Below are positions 58,619-64,000 of a stretch of DNA of 64,000 nucleotides, in pieces (positions within the stretch are counted from its first letter, which is position 1; every line of letters starts with the position of its first letter). Both the position numbers and the translations under genes were made by a program. The stretch is taken from NCBI GenBank assembly GCA_964655705.1, contig CAZZPP010000003.1, positions 37,427 to 101,426 on the forward strand. Direction: 5' to 3'. The notes below the pieces were generated by a model. It was given only the letters and a program-made list of their open reading frames with translations. It had not been told where the DNA came from and ran no database searches. This DNA is from an uncultured Candidatus Saccharibacteria bacterium (GTDB lineage: Bacteria; Patescibacteriota; Dojkabacteria; SC72).

Positions 58619-59744
58619 TGCCTTCATCTATTAAAGGTATCTGAGTACTTAAATTAGTACCACCCTCTAACTTAACTAAATCCATCTTTCTTCTCATCTG
58701 ATTTACTCTAGTAGTAGTAACATCTGAATACTGTTTTTGAAGTTGATCAATCTTAACCCCTACTTTGTCAAACTCATCACTAAACTTGTCAAATTCCTTC
58801 TCTACTGCTTGGACATGTCCTACAATTTTAAAAATATTTTCCTGTACTCTAAAATTCTCGTAAGCCTGTTTAACCATACGAAGAATAGCAGTGAAACTAA
58901 AAGGACCAGCAAGAACAACCTTCTTACTCATAGCGTCCTCCCATATACTTGGCATCTTGTCATATATGAAGGAGAAAATCATTTCATTAGGAATAAAGAG
59001 AATTACAAAATCAACAGTCCTGTCTTCTGGACTAATATACTCCCTAGTAGTAACCTGTTTAATCTTGTCCTTAATATCCGCCTCAAACTCCTTCATATAT
59101 CTCTTTTTAGCATCACTATCATCTGTTTCAGTCATTCTTTGAAGTGCAGAGTAAGGGAATTTTGCATCAATATTAATCTTAGTCCTATCTGGTAAATATA
59201 CAGTAAAGTCAGGCCTTGCCCCATTGTCACTTTCTTGTCTAGTATAGTTTTCTCCTACTACAAAACCAGCCATTTTAAGTAAATCATCAGCAACTTGCTC
59301 TCCAAATTGACCCCTAAGCTGATTGTTAGAAAGAACCTTCTTTAAATTCTCAGTACTAACAGATAACTGTTCAGTAATCTTTTTGTATTCATCTAGTGAA
59401 TTCTTTAATGCAGAGAAAGAGTTAATCCTTTCTTTGTCTGAAACCTCTAACTCCTTTTTACTCTCTTTCAAATCTTCCTGAATTACCTTTACCAACCTCT
59501 CAATCTCCTCTCTTTTGTTCTCTAAATCTATCCTACTCTTATCTGACTGTGCTCCAAGTTTTTGATCAGCCATTCTAACCAAGCTCTCATTAGCTTGATC
59601 TAGAATATTTGGCATAATCTCATTTAGTTTAGCAGAGATAGTTTCAGTAATATCCTCACTCTGTTTACGATTACCCTTAAAGAAGAAGTAAAAGATACCT
59701 ACTCCTAACAGTAATCCTCCAATTAATCCTATTGCTAACTCCAT
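58608..59744 (-). CDS. rmuC: DNA recombination protein RmuC
   Basis: RGQFGE, RPDFTVYLP, IDAKFP and DFVILFIPNE motifs. Confidence 0.92.
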   Translation of the reverse strand: MELAIGLIGGLLLGVGIFYFFFKGNRKQSEDITETISAKLNEIMPNILDQANESLVRMADQKLGAQSDKSRIDLENKREEIERLVKVIQEDLKESKKELEVSDKERINSFSALKNSLDEYKKITEQLSVSTENLKKVLSNNQLRGQFGEQVADDLLKMAGFVVGENYTRQESDNGARPDFTVYLPDRTKINIDAKFPYSALQRMTETDDSDAKKRYMKEFEADIKDKIKQVTTREYISPEDRTVDFVILFIPNEMIFSFIYDKMPSIWEDAMSKKVVLAGPFSFTAILRMVKQAYENFRVQENIFKIVGHVQAVEKEFDKFSDEFDKVGVKIDQLQKQYSDVTTTRVNQMRRKMDLVKLEGGTNLSTQIPLIDEGKEG

Positions 59745-59790
59745 AATGGTAAAATGTTTAAAATTATTGTATTCTCATTTATTATACATT

Positions 59791-61026
59791 ATGAACCTTA
59801 GTAAACATATTACTCAAAACAAAACCTTTCTTAATCATATATTGATAACGCTAGTTATTGGAGGAGTTATTCATTTCCTTAACTACCTCTTTAATATATA
59901 TTTAGCTAGAAATCTAGATACAACTAATTTCGGTTTCTACAATGCTGTAATTGGAATAGTTACATTAATACAGATACCAACAGTCGCAATTCAAACTGCA
60001 GTAACTAAGAAAGTAGCAAGTAAGAAAAATTTTGATCTAAGTACCTTTAAAAGAAAGTCTACTTTACAGCTTGTATTGATTGGGGGAGTAATCTCAGTAA
60101 TATTTCTACTCTTTGGTAATCAAATTGCAGATATTGCCAATATCCCACAAGGTCATATCTTACCTCTCTCCTTAATCGTGTTCGTATCAATAGTAAGTCC
60201 AGTAGCAAAAGGATTCTTACTAGGATTAGAGGAGATACTCTCTTTCAATATGGTCTTGTTAGCTGAAACACTCCTGAAGTTCGTAATTGGATATATTGCA
60301 CTACAGTCAGGCTCTGACCTTACCCTCATCATACTCTCATTCTCATTACCTGTACTCTTGACTACAGCTATTGTACTTCCCCTTACCAAAACAAAAAGTA
60401 AAATTCAAATTAAAAAGAGTCTTAAACTAGATTACAAACAAATCTCCTTAATATTTTTAACCTTCTTTCTACTTAATGTACCCTTTACAATGGATCTAAT
60501 ACTTGTAAACCCTGAAATTAGGGCATCATATGGAGCTCTTTCATTGATTGGAAAGATTGTTTACTTTGCTTCTGTCACCATTGCTACTGTAATGATTTCA
60601 AAACTATCAAACAGTGAAGAGAAATCTAGAAGAAAAAACCTCTTAATATCACTTTTCTTCTCTACTGGAATTGGAGGAGGTATAACTTTGATGTATTTCT
60701 TTTTTTCCAATGAGATTGTAAATCTTGTATTCTCTGGAATGTATCTTGATATTGTTAAATATGTAGTTCCCTATTCAATAGCTATGATTGTATACGCAAT
60801 ATCATACATGGTCATAACCTCTGAATTAGTAAATGACTCATATATCCATATACTTTTCTTAATATCCATTTCCATACTACAGGTTGTATTGTATAATGTG
60901 AATAATACAACTCTAGACGATGCTTTCATCAATCAGGTTGGAGTTTTTGGAGTACTCTTTCTTTTTGTACTCACTATTTTAATTTTCAAATCATTTAAAA
61001 AACATGGCCGCAAAAAAGACATGTAG
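59791..61026 (+). CDS. Wzx-like oligosaccharide flippase (MATE/MOP family)
   Basis: About 12 TM segments; LNYLFNIYLARNL...FG and SYGALSLIGKIVYF patterns. Confidence 0.78.
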   Translation: MNLSKHITQNKTFLNHILITLVIGGVIHFLNYLFNIYLARNLDTTNFGFYNAVIGIVTLIQIPTVAIQTAVTKKVASKKNFDLSTFKRKSTLQLVLIGGVISVIFLLFGNQIADIANIPQGHILPLSLIVFVSIVSPVAKGFLLGLEEILSFNMVLLAETLLKFVIGYIALQSGSDLTLIILSFSLPVLLTTAIVLPLTKTKSKIQIKKSLKLDYKQISLIFLTFFLLNVPFTMDLILVNPEIRASYGALSLIGKIVYFASVTIATVMISKLSNSEEKSRRKNLLISLFFSTGIGGGITLMYFFFSNEIVNLVFSGMYLDIVKYVVPYSIAMIVYAISYMVITSELVNDSYIHILFLISISILQVVLYNVNNTTLDDAFINQVGVFGVLFLFVLTILIFKSFKKHGRKKDM

Positions 61027-61471
61027 ATTAAAAAAGGGATGGGAAGATTTCAAATCTTTTGCACTTAAAGACAGTGTAATATCTCTTGCAATTGGTGTAA
61101 TCATTGGTGGTGCACTTAAGGGATTAATTGACTCCTTAGTAAATAATGTATTTACTCCTCCAATTGGTTTCCTAACTGCGAAATTAGATTTTGAGCAACT
61201 TTTCTTTACATTAGGAAAAACTCAGTACGAGACATTAGCCCAAGCTCAAGCTGAAAATGCAGTTGTAATTCAGTATGGTTTAGTACTCAACGCAATTTTC
61301 TCCTTCTTCATAACTGCTCTGGTACTCTTTTTTGTGAGCAAGACTGCTGCGAAGGCATCAGAGAAAAAGAAGAAAGAGGTAAAGAAAACTACTAAACAGT
61401 GTCCCTACTGCATGTCAGAGATTGATCTTAAGGCAAAAAAATGCCCTTTCTGTACAAGTAGTATTAAATAG
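61004..61471 (+). CDS. mscL: Large-conductance mechanosensitive channel with C-terminal zinc ribbon
   Basis: DFKSFA...LAIGVIIGGA...SLV, YGLVLNAI.SF motifs; CPYC..CPFC tail. Confidence 0.92.
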   Translation: MAAKKTCRLKKGWEDFKSFALKDSVISLAIGVIIGGALKGLIDSLVNNVFTPPIGFLTAKLDFEQLFFTLGKTQYETLAQAQAENAVVIQYGLVLNAIFSFFITALVLFFVSKTAAKASEKKKKEVKKTTKQCPYCMSEIDLKAKKCPFCTSSIK

Positions 61472-61483
61472 TTGGGTACTGAT

Positions 61484-61557
61484 TGGACAATAGTAGACTC
61501 GAACTACTGACCCCTACAATGTGAATGTAGTGCTCTAACCAACTGAGCTAATTGTCC
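61484..61557 (-). tRNA. tRNA-Val(CAC)
   Basis: Reverse complement GGACAAT...CTACA-TTCACAT-TGTAG...ATTGTCCA. Confidence 0.93.
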
Positions 61558-61766
61558 TGAGAAGGGGTAGGAGGAGTTCTATTAGGATCTCCCTGTGTAA
61601 CCTCTTTAGATGGGCTTTTAATACCATTAAGAACATTCCACATAATATATCCACCTAAAAGAAGAATGAATATTAACAAACCTGAAGTAAAATCCCCTAG
61701 AAACATTGCAACAATGCTAATAACTAGAGCAACTCCTGCAGCTATTACATATTTCATAAGGTTCAT
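61548..61766 (-). CDS. Small two-TM membrane protein overlapping the 5' end of tRNA-Val
   Basis: 72-aa ORF with a hydrophobic hairpin; stop TAG at 61548-61550 lies inside the tRNA. Confidence 0.55.
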   Translation of the reverse strand: MNLMKYVIAAGVALVISIVAMFLGDFTSGLLIFILLLGGYIMWNVLNGIKSPSKEVTQGDPNRTPPTPSQDN

Positions 61767-61874
61767 ATCTAATATACTTTCAACTTATTTATTCAGTATA
61801 TTACAATTAATCAATTTAGACAATTTTCTTAAATTGATATACCATCTACATACATAATATGACTTTTAAAGAAT

Positions 61875-62621
61875 ATGGAACCTATAGGCCCAATCGAAGA
61901 AGAAGAAGAAGAAAATGACGAAGTACTAACCACTTCTGAGGTTAAACAAGAAAAAAAGAAGGACCCAAGAAGATATGAAGAGATCTTTGTTGGCAGTTTT
62001 ACACAAGCAGTAGAGAAAATTGAAAAAGATACTGTATTTAATGACAATGAGTTTAATTTCTGTTTACTAGATATCGATGGAGTGTTGTTTGAAGATAATA
62101 GGGTTAAATTACCAATTCTAAGTCATAAAGTAGAACCTGAAATTACACAGGAAAACAGAGATTCATTTAATAGACTACTATCCATTACAGGAGATAGGTT
62201 AGCAATATCAACAAACAGAAGTGAGAATGAAACACATATATTTAATAGTAAAAGGGTTTTAGAAGAGGTTGAGGATATGGTTAAATCATCTTCACATAAA
62301 GCACTTCTCTTTACTGGGCTCTTTAAACAGATTCCGGGTCTTACAGTAGAAAATATATCAGATATACATAGGGATAACGATTTAGAATTAGAGAATTGGT
62401 CTGATTTTAAAGTAATGAAACCAAGAATAGATGCCCTAGTACAATATATTGGGAAATTAGCCACAGAGAAAGAATACCCTAAATACAACCTTACATCCAT
62501 AGAGGATTGGAGTGTTGCATCCCTCAATAGGAGAACCTTTTTAAGGTATGTAACTAGAAGATTAAGAAAAGAGTATGCAATTGATATCCGAAATATACAA
62601 AATTTTGTTATACAAAGGTAA
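61875..62621 (+). CDS. Hypothetical protein with HAD-like motif I
   Basis: LLDIDGVLF, ISTNRS and SIED motifs. Confidence 0.55.
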   Translation: MEPIGPIEEEEEENDEVLTTSEVKQEKKKDPRRYEEIFVGSFTQAVEKIEKDTVFNDNEFNFCLLDIDGVLFEDNRVKLPILSHKVEPEITQENRDSFNRLLSITGDRLAISTNRSENETHIFNSKRVLEEVEDMVKSSSHKALLFTGLFKQIPGLTVENISDIHRDNDLELENWSDFKVMKPRIDALVQYIGKLATEKEYPKYNLTSIEDWSVASLNRRTFLRYVTRRLRKEYAIDIRNIQNFVIQR

Positions 62622-62627
62622 GAGAAT

Positions 62628-63089
62628 TTACTCCTTATACTCCTTTAATATTGTATTCCCTAATTCAATCAGGAAATCTTTCTTAACATTCTTTTCTTTA
62701 AATCGATCGTAGTGATGTCCGAATGTCTCATCCTTAAATAACTCATTTCTAAATACAACCTCCTTACTATACCTAGGCCATACATGAAAGTGTAAGGCCT
62801 CAGGATTATTCTTGTTCTTTTCCTTGTACTGATTATTCATCAGACATGCCCAATTAAAATTGGTAGTACCAAATACTTTCCTCAAAGCTCTTTCATAACT
62901 ACTAATTAATGAAAATAGTTCTAGAATCTCTTCTTCACTTAATTCAGATATATGTTTTTTAGAAATTTCTCTTAATTCAATACTTGCTCTACCAAGATAG
63001 TATTGATTCTCCCAAAGAGTTATTAACCAGTATTTTCTCTGTGTAAGAATAATTTGGTTAGGATACAGGGGGTGAGATTTAAAAGACAT
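62628..63089 (-). CDS. HIT family protein
   Basis: NQYYLGR, FNWACLMN and LHFHVWPRY motifs. Confidence 0.82.
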   Translation of the reverse strand: MSFKSHPLYPNQIILTQRKYWLITLWENQYYLGRASIELREISKKHISELSEEEILELFSLISSYERALRKVFGTTNFNWACLMNNQYKEKNKNNPEALHFHVWPRYSKEVVFRNELFKDETFGHHYDRFKEKNVKKDFLIELGNTILKEYKE

Positions 63090-63113
63090 ATTCTAATATT
63101 TATTCAAAAAAAA

Positions 63114-63187
63114 TGGGCGATATAGGATTCGAACCTATGACCCCTTCGGTGTAAACGAAGTGCTCTAGCCAGCTGAGCTAATCGCCC
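63114..63187 (-). tRNA. tRNA-Val(TAC)
   Basis: Reverse complement GGGCGAT...CTTCG-TTTACAC-CGAAG...ATCGCCCA. Confidence 0.95.
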
Positions 63188-63220
63188 TAAACAGTGTGTA
63201 TTTTAGCAGAAAAACCCCAT

Positions 63221-63586
63221 TTATTCCAACTCTTCGTCATATACCAACTGTAAATGAGTATTGTTAGAATCTGTAAATACATGGCATTTGGCTCCTAAAA
63301 CACCCTCCTCTTCCTTCTCCATTTCTATTGGAAATGTTACTCTCCTAATATCTTCATTACACTCATATTCATATACATCTAATGTCCCTACACTCATACA
63401 GTTACTGTTTTGTGCAAGTAGTATTGCTTCAGATATAAACATATCACCACACATTGCATCTCTGTAAGAAAGTACCCTAGCAGTAGGTTTGAACCCATTT
63501 AAAATTTTTACAAAACCAAATATAAACATAGCAAGGAAAACAAATATCAAAATAGGCATAAACTTTCTTTCTCTACCCATAGCCAT
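63221..63586 (-). CDS. Hypothetical membrane-anchored Cys-containing protein
   Basis: N-terminal TM; four cysteines. Confidence 0.55.
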   Translation of the reverse strand: MAMGRERKFMPILIFVFLAMFIFGFVKILNGFKPTARVLSYRDAMCGDMFISEAILLAQNSNCMSVGTLDVYEYECNEDIRRVTFPIEMEKEEEGVLGAKCHVFTDSNNTHLQLVYDEELE

Positions 63587-63613
63587 GGCAGTAATTACTC
63601 AAGTAAAAAAGAA

Positions 63614-64000
<387 letters not shown>

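Overview
AT-rich, gene-dense chromosomal window from a small-genome bacterium using genetic code 11. The gene content and protein styles suggest Patescibacteria/CPR, possibly Dojkabacteria-like; this is an inference. Most of it is housekeeping: rnhB, gatB/gatC, lepB, parAB, an ftsQAZ-rodA-rplU-rpmA-rlmB run, gpmI, prfB, ftsEX with an M23 protein, typA, ileS, gltX, aspS, recA/recX/recJ, rmuC, mscL, eno, and 11 scattered tRNA genes. There is no CRISPR array, rRNA or intact mobile element. A small decayed island with a serine-recombinase remnant sits at tRNA-Asn (about 26.4-30.2 kb). The most notable observations are: (1) an ileS T-box with an ultrashort Stem I coupled to an intrinsic terminator; (2) a circularly permuted M23 peptidase domain in the ftsEX-linked coiled-coil protein, next to an FtsE with an extra HhH-like C-terminal domain; (3) a NYN ribonuclease gene whose 5' leader is a GC-rich hairpin; (4) a Trm11-like methylase between rplU and a divergent rpmA; (5) many genes with a -10 hexamer 6-8 nt before the ATG, suggesting leaderless mRNAs; (6) an ORF whose stop codon lies inside tRNA-Val; (7) an amber-interrupted ORF missing from the ORF track.
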